DNA of 38,422 nucleotides, taken from assembly GCA_964389745.1 (NCBI GenBank), contig CAYMFV010000001.1:1-38422 (forward strand), read 5' to 3'. The notes below the pieces were generated by a model. It did no database searches. It had not been told where the DNA came from and worked only from the letters and a program-made list of their open reading frames with translations. Position 1 is the stretch's first letter. Each line of letters begins with the position of its first letter. This DNA comes from an uncultured Planctomycetales bacterium (GTDB lineage Bacteria; Planctomycetota; UBA1135). This document shows positions 1-15,663 of this stretch, in pieces. The position numbers were made by a program, and so were the translations under genes.

Positions 1-279
1 GCCCAGGCCCAGGGCCGAGGCCCGGGCCGCCGCCGGGATGTCGAGGCCGAGGGCGCCCCAGCCGCCCAGGAGCAGGGTCCAGAGGGTGCTCGAGTGCCCC
101 TCCACCCGCTCGCCGGGGTTGAAGACCAGCCCGTGCCCCCGGGCCAGGTTGGCGGCGAAGCGGAAGTAGATGTAGGCGTCGTCGACGATCAGGTCGAGAT
201 AGCGCCCGGCATGGAGGCCCAGACCCAGGAGGGCGGCCAGGAGGAGGAGGAGCGGCAGGCGGGAGGCGGGGCGGTCCAC
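1..279 (-). CDS. Polytopic membrane protein, N-terminal part (GT-C-like glycosyltransferase motif); runs off the window at its 3' end
   Basis: My own translation of the minus strand gives (GTG)DRPASRLPLLLLLAALLGLGLHAGRYLDLIVDDAYIYFRFAANLARGHGLVFNPGERVEGHSSTLWTLLLGGWGALGLDIP... This has a hydrophobic N-terminal helix followed by a DDAY-x-FR...NPGE-x-VEG motif that I associate with membrane arabinosyl/mannosyl-transferase-like proteins. It is not in the ORF track because it leaves the window. The GTG start at 279 is a guess. Confidence 0.4.
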   Translation of the reverse strand, partial: MDRPASRLPLLLLLAALLGLGLHAGRYLDLIVDDAYIYFRFAANLARGHGLVFNPGERVEGHSSTLWTLLLGGWGALGLDIPAAARASALGLG

Positions 280-335
280 CAGGAGGTCGGGCCGGGTGCA
301 GGGGCGCCGGCGGGGCGGTAGCCTAGCGCCCGAGG

Positions 336-1532
336 ATGAGTCAGCGCCCGAGCCCCGACCGGGACGGCCTCGCCTGGACGACGGCGGGGGAGTCCCACGG
401 CCCCTGCCTGGTGGCCATCCTGGAGGGCCTGCCCGCCGGCCTGGCGCTGGACCTGGAGGCCGTCCAGGCTGGCATGGCCCGGCGCTGGCAGGCCCACGGC
501 CGGGGCCGCCGGGCCCGCTTCGAGCGGGACCGGGTGGAGTGCCTGGCCGGCCTCAAGGGAGGAGTGACCCTGGGCACCCCCCTGGCCCTGCGGGTCGCCA
601 ACGGCGACACCGGCATCGACACCCTGCCGAACCTGGCGGCGCCCCGGCCGGGGCACGCCGACCTGGCCGGGGTCCTGCGCAGCCGCTGCCGGGACATCCG
701 GGCGGTCCTGGAGCGGGCCTCGGCCCGGGAGACCGCGGCCCGGACCGCCCTCGGCGAAGTGGCCCGGCAGCTCCTGGCCCCCTTCGGCATCCAGGTCCTG
801 GCCTGCGTCACCGAGCTCGGCGGCGTCCCGGGCCCGCCGGTGCCCGAGGCCCCGGCGGATCTCCAGCACGGGCGGGCGGCCAGCGGCTTCCTGGGGGCGG
901 GCCCCGAGGCCGACCCGGCCTGGCGGGCCCGGCTCAACGCGGCGGCGGCGGCGGGGGACTCCCTCGGGGGCATCTTCGAGGTCCGGGTCTACGGCTGTCC
1001 GCCGGGGCTCGGGGGCCTGGCCCAGCCCTGCGACCGCCTGGACGCCCGTCTCCTGGGGGCCCTGGCCTCCATCCCGGCCATCAAGGGCGTGGAGATCGGC
1101 CTCGGCTTCGCCGGCGCCGGGGTGCCGGGCAGCCGCTACCACGACCCCATCGAGCCCGACCCGGCGGGCTGGGCGGGTCTCGGCCGCCCCACGAACCGTG
1201 CCGGGGGGGTCGAGGGCGGCCTGACGACGGGCCAGACCGTCCGCCTGCGGGCGGTGATGAAGCCCATCCCCACCCTGCGCCGGGGCCTGCCCTCGGTGGA
1301 CCTGGCCACCCTGGAGCCCCGCCGGGCCACCTACGAGCGGAGCGACGTCTGCACCGTGCCGGCGGCGGCGGTGGTGGGGGAGGCGGTGGTGGCCCTCGAG
1401 GTGGCCTCCGCGCTCCGGGCCCGGCTCGGGGGCTTCACCCTCGAGGAGATGCGGGCCCGGTGGGCCACCCTGGGCCGGGAGGAGGATCCCCGGGACTGGC
1501 CCGAGGACCTGGCGGGGCGGTCCGGGGACTAG
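336..1532 (+). CDS. aroC: Chorismate synthase
   Basis: 398-aa ORF with TTAGESHG, RPGHAD, ERASARETA, GDSLGG...PPGLG, IPAIKGVEIG and NRAGGVEGG motifs, colinear with AroC. Confidence 0.9.
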   Translation: MSQRPSPDRDGLAWTTAGESHGPCLVAILEGLPAGLALDLEAVQAGMARRWQAHGRGRRARFERDRVECLAGLKGGVTLGTPLALRVANGDTGIDTLPNLAAPRPGHADLAGVLRSRCRDIRAVLERASARETAARTALGEVARQLLAPFGIQVLACVTELGGVPGPPVPEAPADLQHGRAASGFLGAGPEADPAWRARLNAAAAAGDSLGGIFEVRVYGCPPGLGGLAQPCDRLDARLLGALASIPAIKGVEIGLGFAGAGVPGSRYHDPIEPDPAGWAGLGRPTNRAGGVEGGLTTGQTVRLRAVMKPIPTLRRGLPSVDLATLEPRRATYERSDVCTVPAAAVVGEAVVALEVASALRARLGGFTLEEMRARWATLGREEDPRDWPEDLAGRSGD

Positions 1533-1548
1533 GGCAATATAATGCCCT
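1531..1548 (+). terminator. Short hairpin AGGGCA-atataa-TGCCCT overlapping the aroC stop codon; AT-rich island containing TATAAT
   Basis: Perfect 6-bp inverted repeat read directly. There is no clear U-tract, so its function (terminator or -10-like element) is uncertain. Confidence 0.2.
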
Positions 1549-1595
1549 CTTGCCTCGCCCCGCCGCTCCTGGCACGATTTTCGTAGGCCTCAGGC

Positions 1596-1623
1596 TTGAC
1601 CGGGGGTTCGTCAGCCGTAAACT
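1596..1623 (+). promoter_or_regulatory. Sigma70-type promoter candidate P1 (TTGACC-N16-TAAACT) upstream of the tRNA-tuf unit
   Basis: TTGACC at 1596-1601, a 16-nt spacer, then TAAACT at 1618-1623, about 28 nt before tRNA-Thr. The same architecture recurs at 15194 and 18780. Confidence 0.4.
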
Positions 1624-1651
1624 GTCTCGCCCTTTCGGCCTCCGGCGGCAG

Positions 1652-1727
1652 GCTAGCGTAGCTCAGTCGGCAGAGCTTCCGCCTTGTAAGCGGACGGTCG
1701 AGGGTTCGAGTCCCTCCGCTAGCTCCA
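1652..1727 (+). tRNA. tRNA-Thr (anticodon TGT), CCA encoded
   Basis: Hand-folded cloverleaf: acceptor GCTAGCG/CGCTAGC, anticodon stem TCCGC/GCGGA with loop CTTGTAA, T arm GAGGG-TTCGAGT-CCCTC, discriminator T plus CCA. Confidence 0.93.
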
Positions 1728-1814
1728 GGGTGGCTGCCAGCAGGTCCAGAGGACGGGCGGACGGTTCTTTCCCATACCGGGGTGCCTTGCGAGCTCGGAG
1801 CCAGGGCTCGCCAA

Positions 1815-1899
1815 GGGGAGATACCGAAGTGGCCAAACGGGACGGACTGTAAATCCGTTGGCTCAGCCTTCAGAGGTTCGAATCCTCTTCTCCCCACCA
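1815..1899 (+). tRNA. tRNA-Tyr (anticodon GTA), long variable arm, CCA encoded
   Basis: Acceptor GGGGAGA/TCTCCCC, anticodon stem ACGGA/TCCGT with loop CTGTAAA, long variable arm, T loop TTCGAAT. Confidence 0.93.
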
Positions 1900-1960
1900 G
1901 GATCGACGCGTGGCCGGGCCGGGGGCCGGTCCCGCCGGGCCCGGCCACGCCGGTCGCCAG

Positions 1961-2034
<74 letters not shown>

Positions 2035-2105
2035 TGCCCACCGGCCGCCGGAACGGTTCCGGCGGCCCGCCCGACCGGCCCTCGCCGGCGGGTCCGAGGC
2101 AGCAC

Positions 2106-2180
2106 GCTGCTGTAGCTCAGTGGTAGAGCACCTCCTTGGTAAGGAGGAGGTCACGGGTTCAAGTCCCGTCAGCAGCTCCA
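2106..2180 (+). tRNA. tRNA-Thr (anticodon GGT), CCA encoded
   Basis: Acceptor GCTGCTG/CAGCAGC, anticodon stem CCTCC/GGAGG with loop TTGGTAA, T loop TTCAAGT. Confidence 0.93.
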
Positions 2181-2331
2181 GTCGGCCGCCTCCAGGTCCA
2201 CTCCCAGGCACCCCCGGCGTCTGCGGGCTTCTGCCGGAAGCTCCGCAGCGCTTTCGCACCCCCACCTCCCGGTCGTCCGGCCCGCCGCGACGGCCACCCA
2301 GCAACTGCTCAACGCACACGCGCAACGGACC

Positions 2332-3537
<1,206 letters not shown>

Positions 3538-3550
3538 AACCGCTGCACCC

Positions 3551-3595
3551 GGCCGGGTCGCCGCGTGTCCCAGGTGGGGGAGCGGCGGCCCGGCC
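3551..3595 (+). other. 14-bp GC-rich stem-loop between tuf and rpmG
   Basis: GGCCGGGTCGCCGC (3551-3564) pairs with GCGGCGGCCCGGCC (3582-3595) with one G-U pair and a 17-nt loop. There is no U-tract. It is followed by GGGAGG (3597-3602) and the rpmG ATG. Confidence 0.45.
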
Positions 3596-3608
3596 TGGGA
3601 GGCCAACC

Positions 3609-3767
3609 ATGAAGAACAAGGAACGGCACGTCTTTCTCGAGTGCACCGAGTGCCGCAACCGCAACTACACCACGGGCAAACGGCTGCGGGCTGGCTACAA
3701 GCTCGAGAAGAAGAAGTTCTGCCCCTTCTGCGGCCGGCACACCGTGCACAAGGAGAAGAAGCTCTGA
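3609..3767 (+). CDS. rpmG: 50S ribosomal protein L33 (four-Cys zinc form)
   Basis: In-frame ATG within ORF 3270..3767 gives MKNKERHVFLECTECRNRNYTTGK...FCPFCGRHTVHKEKKL (52 aa), with GGGAGG upstream. Confidence 0.9.
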   Translation: MKNKERHVFLECTECRNRNYTTGKRLRAGYKLEKKKFCPFCGRHTVHKEKKL

Positions 3768-3791
3768 CGACCGCTCGGGGCGCAAGCAGGG

Positions 3792-4238
3792 ATGCTGTAC
3801 CGCTACAAGCCTGACGAGGGACGCAACGCCCGCCAGACCGCCTTCTGGGTGATCGAGGGGCTGATCGCCTATGGGTGCCTCACCCTGCGTGGCATGCTGG
3901 ACGGGAGCTATGCCCTACGCAAGCCCCTCCTGGAAGGCATGCAGGAGATCCCGATCCTCGGGACGACCCTGAACCTGTCCCTGCTGGTCGCCCTGCTGGT
4001 CTTCCTGGGCGGCACCTTCGCCTGGGTGCGCTTCCTGGCCCGGCCGAAGACGGCCGACCACCTGATCGAGGTGGAGGCGGAGCTGCGCAAGGTGACCTGG
4101 CCCTCTTTCAAGGAGGCCAGCAACTCCTCCATCGTCGTCATCGCCACGGTGCTGGTGCTGCTGCTCTTCTTCATGTTCGCGGACTTCCTCCTGGGCCGGG
4201 TCTTCGAGCTCATCCTGTGGCGGACGGTGGGGACCTGA
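3792..4238 (+). CDS. secE: Preprotein translocase subunit SecE
   Basis: 148-aa ORF in the canonical rpmG-secE-nusG position. It has the C-terminal motif EVEAELRKVTWPSFKE followed by a TM helix, plus extra N-terminal TM segments. Confidence 0.8.
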   Translation: MLYRYKPDEGRNARQTAFWVIEGLIAYGCLTLRGMLDGSYALRKPLLEGMQEIPILGTTLNLSLLVALLVFLGGTFAWVRFLARPKTADHLIEVEAELRKVTWPSFKEASNSSIVVIATVLVLLLFFMFADFLLGRVFELILWRTVGT

Positions 4239-4240
4239 CC

Positions 4241-4798
4241 ATGGGCATGGACTGGTACGTGGTCCGGGTTCCGACCAACCAGGAGGACCGGGTGCGAGAG
4301 ACCCTGGAGCGGCGCGTCAAGGCTGCCGGCCTCGAGCACCGCATCCCCCGGGTGCTGGTGCCCGTGGAGCGGGTGACCGAGATCAAGGCCGGGCGCAAGC
4401 GGGTCAAGACCAGCAAGATCTATCCCGGCTACCTGATGCTGCAGGCGGACCTGGGGGAGAAGGGCTCCGAGGATCCCGAGGACCAGGCGGTCTGGTTCGT
4501 CCTCCACGAGACGCCGGGCTTCAAGGACTTCGTCGGCGGCGGCGACTGGCCGGCGCCCATGAACGAGGAGGAGGTGCAGGAGATCCTGCGCCGCATGGAG
4601 CAGAGCGAGGCCGCACCACGCCTCGCCGTGCGCATCAAGCGCGGCGACCTGGTGCGCATCAAGGAGGGGCCCTTCGAGGGCTTCGACGGCAGCGTCGAGG
4701 AGCTCCTGGAGAGCCAGGGCAAGCTGCGGATCTCCGTCACCATCTTCGGCCGGGCAACCAGCGTGGAGATCGAGCACTGGCTCGTGGAACCCGTCTAG
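4241..4798 (+). CDS. nusG: Transcription termination/antitermination factor NusG
   Basis: In-frame ATG 2 nt after the secE stop gives MGMDWYVVRVPTNQEDRV...IYPGYLM...KGDLVRIKEGPFEGFDGSVEE (NGN plus KOW). Confidence 0.92.
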   Translation: MGMDWYVVRVPTNQEDRVRETLERRVKAAGLEHRIPRVLVPVERVTEIKAGRKRVKTSKIYPGYLMLQADLGEKGSEDPEDQAVWFVLHETPGFKDFVGGGDWPAPMNEEEVQEILRRMEQSEAAPRLAVRIKRGDLVRIKEGPFEGFDGSVEELLESQGKLRISVTIFGRATSVEIEHWLVEPV

Positions 4799-4879
4799 GC
4801 CCGCCCGCGGCTGGCGCCGGGCGCCGGTCGCACCCGTGAGCACCGCTGGCGCCGTGGCCGGCACGGCGGGAGGGAAGAA

Positions 4880-5311
4880 ATGGCCAAGGAAATCATCGCC
4901 AAGATCAAGCTGCAGTGCCCCGGAGGGGCCGCCACCCCGGCGCCGCCGGTGGGGCCGGCCCTGGGCGCCCATGGTGTGCCCATCGGGGAGTTCGTGAAGC
5001 AGTTCAACGACGCCACCCAGGACAAGCGGGGTCTGGTGATCCCGGTCGTGGTGACCGTCTACAAGGACCGCTCCTTCTCCTTCGTGCTCAAGTCGCCGCC
5101 GGCTGCGGTCCTCCTCAAGAAGGCCGCGGGTGTCGAGAAGGGCGCCGGGCTGGTGGGCATCGAGACCGTCGGCCAGGTCACCTGGGATCAGGTCCGGGAG
5201 ATCGCCGAGATGAAGCAGGCGGACCTGAACGCCTCTTCCGTGGAGGCGGCCATGCGCATCATCGAGGGCACCGCCCGGTCCATGGGCATCGTCGTGGAGG
5301 GTGAGGCATGA
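4880..5311 (+). CDS. rplK: 50S ribosomal protein L11
   Basis: 143-aa [32 protein letters not shown]... with GGGAGGG SD upstream. Confidence 0.97.
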   Translation: MAKEIIAKIKLQCPGGAATPAPPVGPALGAHGVPIGEFVKQFNDATQDKRGLVIPVVVTVYKDRSFSFVLKSPPAAVLLKKAAGVEKGAGLVGIETVGQVTWDQVREIAEMKQADLNASSVEAAMRIIEGTARSMGIVVEGEA

Positions 5312-5991
5312 AGTGCAGCCGTCGTGTGCGGGAGAACATGGCCACGGTGGACCGGCAGCGCGTCTACCCCATGGCCGAGGCCTTCCGCACCCTCAAGAGC
5401 CTGCGCGGGGCCCGCTTCGACGAGACCGTGGAGGTGGCGGCCCGCCTGGGAGTGGATCCCAAGAAATCGGACCAGATGGTCCGGGGCGCCGTCAGCCTGC
5501 CCCATGGCCTGGGCAAGAGCGTTCGCGTGATCGCCTTCGCCGAGGGCCAGGCCGCCGACGAGGCCCGGGAGGCCGGGGCGATGGAGGTCGGCGGCGAGGA
5601 GCTGGCCAAGCGCATCCAGGAGGGTTGGATGGACTTCGACATCGTCGTCGCCCACCCGGCCATGATGCGGGTCGTCGGCCGTCTCGGCCGGGTCCTCGGA
5701 CCCCAGGGCAAGATGCCCTCGCCCAAGTCCGGCACCGTGACCCCGAATGTCGCCCAGGCGGTCCGGGAGTTCCTGGCTGGCAAGGTGGAGTTCCGGGTGG
5801 ACGCAGGCGGCAACGTGCACGTGCCCATCGGCAAGGCCTCCTTCCCCGAGGAGCAGCTGGTGGAGAACGCCCGGGCCTTCCTGGACTACCTGGTGACCCT
5901 GCGGCCGCCCACGGCCAAGGGCACCTACATCCGCAACGTCAGCGTCTCCACCTCCATGGGGCCCGGGCTCCGGGTCGAGTACAGCCACTAG
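5308..5991 (+). CDS. rplA: 50S ribosomal protein L1
   Basis: 227-aa ORF. Its start overlaps the rplK stop (ATGA). Contains [34 protein letters not shown]. Confidence 0.95.
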   Translation: MKCSRRVRENMATVDRQRVYPMAEAFRTLKSLRGARFDETVEVAARLGVDPKKSDQMVRGAVSLPHGLGKSVRVIAFAEGQAADEAREAGAMEVGGEELAKRIQEGWMDFDIVVAHPAMMRVVGRLGRVLGPQGKMPSPKSGTVTPNVAQAVREFLAGKVEFRVDAGGNVHVPIGKASFPEEQLVENARAFLDYLVTLRPPTAKGTYIRNVSVSTSMGPGLRVEYSH

Positions 5992-6002
5992 GGAGCGCCG
6001 CC

Positions 6003-6533
6003 ATGGTCAGCCAGCTCAATCGTTGGATCGTTCGCGAGTACGCCGAGTTCCTCCAGGGCCAGGACGGCGTGGTGGTGCTGGGCATGCACGGCCTCACCGT
6101 CGAGGAGGCCCAGGATCTGCGCCGCCGGGTGCGGAACTCCGGGGCCCGTCTCCAGGTCGTCCGGCGTCGTCTCGCCCGGCAGGTCTTCCGGGAGATCGGC
6201 ATCGAGCTGGACGAGGAGGTCTTCAACGGCCCCTGCGCCCTGCTGGTCGGGGATACCGACCAGGCCATCTCCGCCACGAAGGCCATCGAGGAGATGTGGC
6301 GCAAGGCCGCCGACAGGAAGATCGAGTACCGGGGGGCCTTCTTCGATGGCTCCGTGCTCGGCCCGGCCGAGGCCGCTCGCATCCCCACCATGCCCGACAA
6401 GCAGACCATGCGTGCCATGCTCTGCTCGGCCATTCTCGGTCCCGCCCGCATGCTCGCCACCGCGCTGCGGGAGGTGCCCGCCTCCACTGCCCGGGTGCTC
6501 CAGGCCCGGGCGGACCAGGAGGACCAGGCCTAG
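6003..6533 (+). CDS. rplJ: 50S ribosomal protein L10
   Basis: Internal ATG of ORF 5301..6533 gives a 176-aa L10-like sequence ([35 protein letters not shown]...) in canonical order between rplA and rplL. Confidence 0.9.
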   Translation: MVSQLNRWIVREYAEFLQGQDGVVVLGMHGLTVEEAQDLRRRVRNSGARLQVVRRRLARQVFREIGIELDEEVFNGPCALLVGDTDQAISATKAIEEMWRKAADRKIEYRGAFFDGSVLGPAEAARIPTMPDKQTMRAMLCSAILGPARMLATALREVPASTARVLQARADQEDQA

Positions 6534-6588
6534 GCGCCGGTCCTCCCTCCCCAGATCCCCGAACCGCAAACCAGCAGCCGCAAGTCCC

Positions 6589-6996
6589 ATGTCCGAGGAA
6601 ACCCAAGCCACCGTCGAGCTCGAGCCGGAACTCGAGGAGATCTTCCAGAAGCTGGACGCCCTGCCCCTGGGCAAGGCCGCCCAGCTCGTCAAGGCCCTCG
6701 AGGAACGTTGGGGCGTGAGCGCCGCCGCCCCGGTGGCCGTGGCCGCCGCCCCCGGAGCTGCCGCCGACGAGGAGGAGGAGGAGAAGACCTCCTTCGACGT
6801 CATCCTCGAGAGCTTTGGCGAGAAGAAGATCGACGTCATCAAGGCAGTCCGTGCCATCACCTCCCTGGGTCTCAAGGAGGCCAAGGAACTGGTCGAGTCC
6901 GCGCCCAAGGCCATCAAGGAGGGCGTCTCCAAGGACGAGGCCGAGGCCGTCAAGAAGCAACTGGAAGAGGCCGGAGCCACGGTCAAGCTGGCCTGA
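6589..6996 (+). CDS. rplL: 50S ribosomal protein L7/L12
   Basis: Internal ATG of ORF 6346..6996, 135 aa. It has an Ala-rich hinge and the C-terminal domain [55 protein letters not shown]. Confidence 0.96.
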   Translation: MSEETQATVELEPELEEIFQKLDALPLGKAAQLVKALEERWGVSAAAPVAVAAAPGAAADEEEEEKTSFDVILESFGEKKIDVIKAVRAITSLGLKEAKELVESAPKAIKEGVSKDEAEAVKKQLEEAGATVKLA

Positions 6997-7231
6997 CCAC
7001 GCTGCACGAGCCGACCCTCTACCGGGGCCGCGCCATCGGCTCCACCGGAGCGCCGGGGATGCCCCGCTCCGCGTGGCCGGAGGAGTGGCCCGGTGCCAAC
7101 CTGCTCTCCCCTCGGGGCCGCCGCCAGCCTCAGGGGGGGCGGGCCCGATCCGGCCCGGGCGCCGTCTGCGCCCCCGCTGCCCGTCGTCTCCTCCCTCCGC
7201 CGCTCCCGCGCCGCCGGCACGCCATCCACGC

Positions 7232-10200
7232 ATGACCGCCTCCTCCACCGACATCGCCGGGTTCGAGATCCGGGACTACCGCTCCTTCCCCTTCCGGGAC
7301 CAGGCCCAGCTGCCGGGGCTCTCCGATCTGCAGACCCAGGCCTACGAGGACTTCCTGCAGACCCGAATCCCCGCCAGTCGCCGCAAGGTGCAGGGACTCG
7401 AGGCCCTGTTCCGGGAGATCTTCCCCATCGAGAGCCACGACAAGACCATGGCTCTCGAGTACATCTCCTACCACCTGGGCCGGCCCCGCTACACCCCGGA
7501 GGAATGCCGCCAGCTCAAGTACACCTACGCCTACCCCCTGCGCGTTCGGGTGGCCCTGCGCAAGGGCAGCGAGCGCATCGAGGAGGAGATCTACCTGGGC
7601 GAGGTTCCGGTGATGATGGGGGGCGGCGAGTTCATCATCAACGGTTCCGAGCGGGTCATCGTCTCCCAGCTCCACCGCTCGCCGGGCATCGACTTCGCCG
7701 TCGATCATCACGGCGGCGAGAAGCGCTTCCACTCGGCCCGGATCATTCCGGAGCGGGGCTCGTGGATCGAGGTCACGGTGTCCAGCAAGGGCACCCTCCA
7801 AGTCCGCATCGACCAGCAGAGCAAGTTCTCGGCCCTGACCCTGCTCCGGGCCTTGAACCCCGACTGGGGCAGCAACGACGCCGTGCTGCGGCTCTTCTAC
7901 CCGGTGGAGAAGATCAAGCGGGGCAAGGGCAGCCGGGCCCGCTTCGCCAAGGCGCTGGCCGGGCGCCTGGCGCTGGGCCAGGTCCGGGACCTCAAGACCG
8001 GGGAGATCTGGGTCGAGTCCGGGACGGCCATCACCCCGGAGGCCGCCGAGCGCATCGCCGCCTCCGAGATCCACGAGGTGGAGGTCATCGCCAGGGTCGA
8101 GGACTCCCTGATCCTCGAGTCCCTGAAGGAGGACACGGCCACCAGCCACGAGGAGGCCCTGGCGGCCATCTACGCCAAGCTCCGTCCGGGCAACCCGATC
8201 CAGCTCGAGAAGGCCCGGGAGCTCCTCCAGGACCGCTTCTTCGACCCCCAGCGCTACTGCCTGGGGCGGGTCGGCCGTTTCCGCATCTCCCGGAAGTTCC
8301 AGCGGCCGGAGGAGGCCGACACCGGGCCGGTCACCCTCCAGCCCGAGGACTACCTGGACGCCGTCCGTTACATCATCGGCCTGCGGGCCGGGGTGGGCGA
8401 GGTGGACGACATCGATCACCTGGGCATCCGGCGGGTCCGGACCATTGCCGAGCTGGCTGGCGAGGAGTTCCGCAAGGGCCTGACCAAGGTCGCCCGGGCG
8501 GCGGTGGACCGGATGTCCCAGCAGGACGACACCGAGACCCAGACACCGCGCAGCCTGATCAACGCCAAGGCCTTCTCCACCTCGGTGGAGCAGTTCTTCG
8601 CCCGGGGCGAGCTGTCGCAGGTGGTGGACCAGACCAACCCCTTGAGCCAGCTCACCCACGAGCGGCGCCTGTCGGCCCTCGGGCCCGGTGGCCTCAACCG
8701 CAAGCGGGCGGGCTTCCAGGAGCGGGACGTCCACATCAGCCACTACGGGCGGCTGTGCCCCATCGAGACGCCGGAAGGGGCCAACATCGGCCTCATCTCC
8801 TCCCTGGCCCTGTTCGCCGTCGTGGACGACCACGGCTTCCTGGTCGCCCCCTATCGGGAGGTGCGCAAGGGCAAGGTCGGCGAGGCGATCCAGCTGCTCC
8901 GGGCCGACGAGGAGTACGAGCGCGTCTTCGCTCCGGCGGACACTCCGGTGGACGCCAAGGGGCGTCTGGTCCCCGACGAACAGGGGCTCGTCATGTGCCG
9001 CTACCACGGGGAGTTCACCCGCAAGCCGGTGCAGGACGTGGAGTTCCTGGACGTGGATCCCGCCCAGATCCTGGGTGTCTCCGCCGCCCTGATCCCCTTC
9101 GTCGAGCACGATGACGCCAACCGGGCGCTGATGGGCTCGAACATGCAGCGCCAGGCGGTGCCCCTGCTCATCACCGAGCCGCCCCTGGTGGGCACCGGTC
9201 TGGAGCGCACGGTGGCCGAGAACTCGGGGATGGTGATCCGGGCCCGGCGCAGCGGCGTCGTGGAGTACGTGGATGCCACGACCATCCGCATCAAGGGCGA
9301 CCCCGAGCCCTATCGGCTGCGCAAGTTCCAGGGCCTGAACGAGCGCACATGCCTCAATCAGCGCCCCTTGGTCAAGGTGGGGGACAAGGTCCGCACTGGC
9401 CAGGTGATCGCCGACGGGGCTGGTACCCACCAGGGCGAGCTGGCCCTCGGGCGCAATCTCCTGGTCGCCTTCATGTCCTGGGAGGGATACAACTACGAGG
9501 ACGCGATCATCGTCTCCGAGCGCCTGGTGAAGGACGACGTCTTCACCTCCATCCACATCGAGGAGTACGAGGCGGAGATCCGGGAGACGACCCTGGGCAA
9601 GGAGGAGTTCACCCGGGACATCCCCAACGCCGGCGAGCGGGCCCTGCGCAACCTGGACGAGAGCGGCATTGTCCGGATTGGCACCCGGGTCGGCCCGAAC
9701 GACATCCTGGTGGGCAAGATCGCCCCCAAGTCGAAGACCGAGTTGACGCCGGAGGAGCGCCTCCTGCACGCCATCTTCGGCCGGGCCGGCGAGGACGTGA
9801 AGAACGTCTCCCTCAAGCTGCCGGCTGGTGTCCACGGCATCGTCATCGGCGCCGAGAAGTTCACGCGCAAGGTGAACATGACCGCCGCCGAGCGCCGGGC
9901 CGCCCACGCCCGCATCCGGGAGATCGAGGCGGAGTTCGACGAGGTCCTGCACCGGGAGGTGGCGGCGGCCGTCGCCGACCTGAGCGAGTACCTCGGCGAG
10001 CCGATCAGGGATCCGGCCACGGGCAAGCCCGTCAAGGTCACCGACACCCTGCTGTACGGGGACCTGAAGCACATCCTGGAGGTCCTCAAGACTCACGCCG
10101 AGGGCGTCGAGCACCCGAGCCGGCGGGCCAAGGCCGAAGACCTCGTCCGCCTCCACGCCGACCGGGTCGAGGACAAGGAGGTCTGGAAGCAGAAGATGAC

Positions 10201-10975
10201 CAACCGGCTCGCCCGGGGTGACGACCTGCCGAACGGCGTGCTGGAGATGGTCAAGGTCTACATCGCCACCAAGCGCAACCTCTCGGTGGGCGACAAGATG
10301 GCCGGCCGCCACGGCAACAAGGGCGTGATCGCCAAGATCCTGCCCGAGGAGGACATGCCCTTCCTCGAGGACGGTACGCCGGTGGACATCATCCTCAACC
10401 CCCTGGGCGTGCCCTCCCGGATGAACGTCGGCCAGATCCTGGAGACCCACCTGGGCTGGGCGGCGAAGAAGCTTGGCTTCCGGGCCTTCACCGGCGCCTT
10501 TGACGGCGCCAGCGAGGAGGACATCGAGAAGGCCCTGGAAGAGGCCGGCCTGCCCCGCACCGGCACCGCCGTCCTCTGCGACGGTCGCACCGGCGCCCCC
10601 TTCGAGCAGAAGGTCACGGTCGGCTACATGTACATGTTGAAGCTCCACCACCTGGTGGACGAGAAGGTGCACGCCCGCTCCACCGGGCCCTACAGCCTCA
10701 TCACCCAGCAGCCCCTGGGCGGCAAGGCCCGCTTCGGGGGCCAGCGTTTCGGGGAGATGGAGGTCTGGGCCCTGGAGGCCTATGGCGCCGCCTACCTGCT
10801 GCAGGAACTCCTGACCGTGAAGTCCGACGACGTGGACGGCCGGACCAAGATCTACGAGTCCATGGTCAAGGGCAAGAACATCCTCGAACCCGGCACCCCG
10901 GTCAGCTTCGAGGTGCTGATGAACGAGATCCGCGGCCTGGCCCTGAACATCCAGCTCGAGAAGAACGTCCGCTGA
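7232..10975 (+). CDS. rpoB: DNA-directed RNA polymerase subunit beta
   Basis: ORF 6815..10975 trimmed to ATG 7232, because the upstream part overlaps rplL and is Pro/Arg-rich nonsense. 1247 aa with SQLSQ-type motifs ([29 protein letters not shown]) and [13 protein letters not shown]. Confidence 0.95.
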   Translation: MTASSTDIAGFEIRDYRSFPFRDQAQLPGLSDLQTQAYEDFLQTRIPASRRKVQGLEALFREIFPIESHDKTMALEYISYHLGRPRYTPEECRQLKYTYAYPLRVRVALRKGSERIEEEIYLGEVPVMMGGGEFIINGSERVIVSQLHRSPGIDFAVDHHGGEKRFHSARIIPERGSWIEVTVSSKGTLQVRIDQQSKFSALTLLRALNPDWGSNDAVLRLFYPVEKIKRGKGSRARFAKALAGRLALGQVRDLKTGEIWVESGTAITPEAAERIAASEIHEVEVIARVEDSLILESLKEDTATSHEEALAAIYAKLRPGNPIQLEKARELLQDRFFDPQRYCLGRVGRFRISRKFQRPEEADTGPVTLQPEDYLDAVRYIIGLRAGVGEVDDIDHLGIRRVRTIAELAGEEFRKGLTKVARAAVDRMSQQDDTETQTPRSLINAKAFSTSVEQFFARGELSQVVDQTNPLSQLTHERRLSALGPGGLNRKRAGFQERDVHISHYGRLCPIETPEGANIGLISSLALFAVVDDHGFLVAPYREVRKGKVGEAIQLLRADEEYERVFAPADTPVDAKGRLVPDEQGLVMCRYHGEFTRKPVQDVEFLDVDPAQILGVSAALIPFVEHDDANRALMGSNMQRQAVPLLITEPPLVGTGLERTVAENSGMVIRARRSGVVEYVDATTIRIKGDPEPYRLRKFQGLNERTCLNQRPLVKVGDKVRTGQVIADGAGTHQGELALGRNLLVAFMSWEGYNYEDAIIVSERLVKDDVFTSIHIEEYEAEIRETTLGKEEFTRDIPNAGERALRNLDESGIVRIGTRVGPNDILVGKIAPKSKTELTPEERLLHAIFGRAGEDVKNVSLKLPAGVHGIVIGAEKFTRKVNMTAAERRAAHARIREIEAEFDEVLHREVAAAVADLSEYLGEPIRDPATGKPVKVTDTLLYGDLKHILEVLKTHAEGVEHPSRRAKAEDLVRLHADRVEDKEVWKQKMTNRLARGDDLPNGVLEMVKVYIATKRNLSVGDKMAGRHGNKGVIAKILPEEDMPFLEDGTPVDIILNPLGVPSRMNVGQILETHLGWAAKKLGFRAFTGAFDGASEEDIEKALEEAGLPRTGTAVLCDGRTGAPFEQKVTVGYMYMLKLHHLVDEKVHARSTGPYSLITQQPLGGKARFGGQRFGEMEVWALEAYGAAYLLQELLTVKSDDVDGRTKIYESMVKGKNILEPGTPVSFEVLMNEIRGLALNIQLEKNVR

Positions 10976-10985
10976 CCCGACCGCC

Positions 10986-15173
<4,188 letters not shown>

Positions 15174-15193
15174 GCCCGGGCGGGCTCCGGGGC

Positions 15194-15221
15194 TTGACCC
15201 GGGAGCCCGTTCGGGTAGACT
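15194..15221 (+). promoter_or_regulatory. Sigma70-type promoter candidate P2 (TTGACC-N16-TAGACT) upstream of rpsL
   Basis: TTGACC at 15194-15199, a 16-nt spacer, then TAGACT at 15216-15221, 50 nt before the rpsL ATG. Same architecture as P1 and P3. Confidence 0.45.
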
Positions 15222-15271
15222 TCTGACCCTTTTCCCGGCCCGGGCCGCCCGGGTCCGGCCAGATCGACACC

Positions 15272-15643
15272 ATGCCGACCATCAACCAGCTCGTGCGCAA
15301 GGGCCGCCGGCCCCAGCGGCGCAAGTCCAAGAGCCCGGTCCTTGGCTCCTGCCCCCAGAAGCGGGGGGTGTGCGTCCAGGTCAAGACCATGACCCCGAAG
15401 AAGCCGAACTCGGCCCTTCGAAAGGTGGCCCGGGTCCGTCTCTCCAACGGCAAGGAGATCACGGCCTACATCCCCGGGGAGGGGCACAACCTCCAGGAGC
15501 ACAGCATCGTCCTCGTCCGGGGAGGCCGGGTCCGGGACCTCCCGGGCGTCCGCTACCACGTCATCCGCGGCACCCTGGACGCCTCCGGCGTCGACGACCG
15601 GCGCCAGGGCCGTTCGAAGTACGGCGCCCGCCGGCCGAAGTAG
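15272..15643 (+). CDS. rpsL: 30S ribosomal protein S12
   Basis: 123-aa [15 protein letters not shown]...[20 protein letters not shown]. Confidence 0.98.
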   Translation: MPTINQLVRKGRRPQRRKSKSPVLGSCPQKRGVCVQVKTMTPKKPNSALRKVARVRLSNGKEITAYIPGEGHNLQEHSIVLVRGGRVRDLPGVRYHVIRGTLDASGVDDRRQGRSKYGARRPK

Positions 15644-15663
15644 CCCCTGCAACAGCCGCCGCC

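Noticed and set aside
296-1852. 518-aa ORF overlapping aroC in another frame and running through tRNA-Thr and tRNA-Tyr
   Set aside because: It reads across two tRNA genes, is Pro/Gly/Arg-rich, and the aroC frame explains the region. The same reasoning applies to 189..1142 (-) and 341..973 (-).
3538-3608. Looked for a tRNA-Trp between tuf and rpmG
   Set aside because: The 71-nt spacer folds only into one long hairpin. It has no cloverleaf and no T-loop GTTCRA motif.
6815-7231. N-terminal 139-codon extension of the rpoB ORF
   Set aside because: The extension overlaps rplL in another frame and is Pro/Arg/Ser-rich. The conserved RpoB N-terminus starts at the ATG at 7232.
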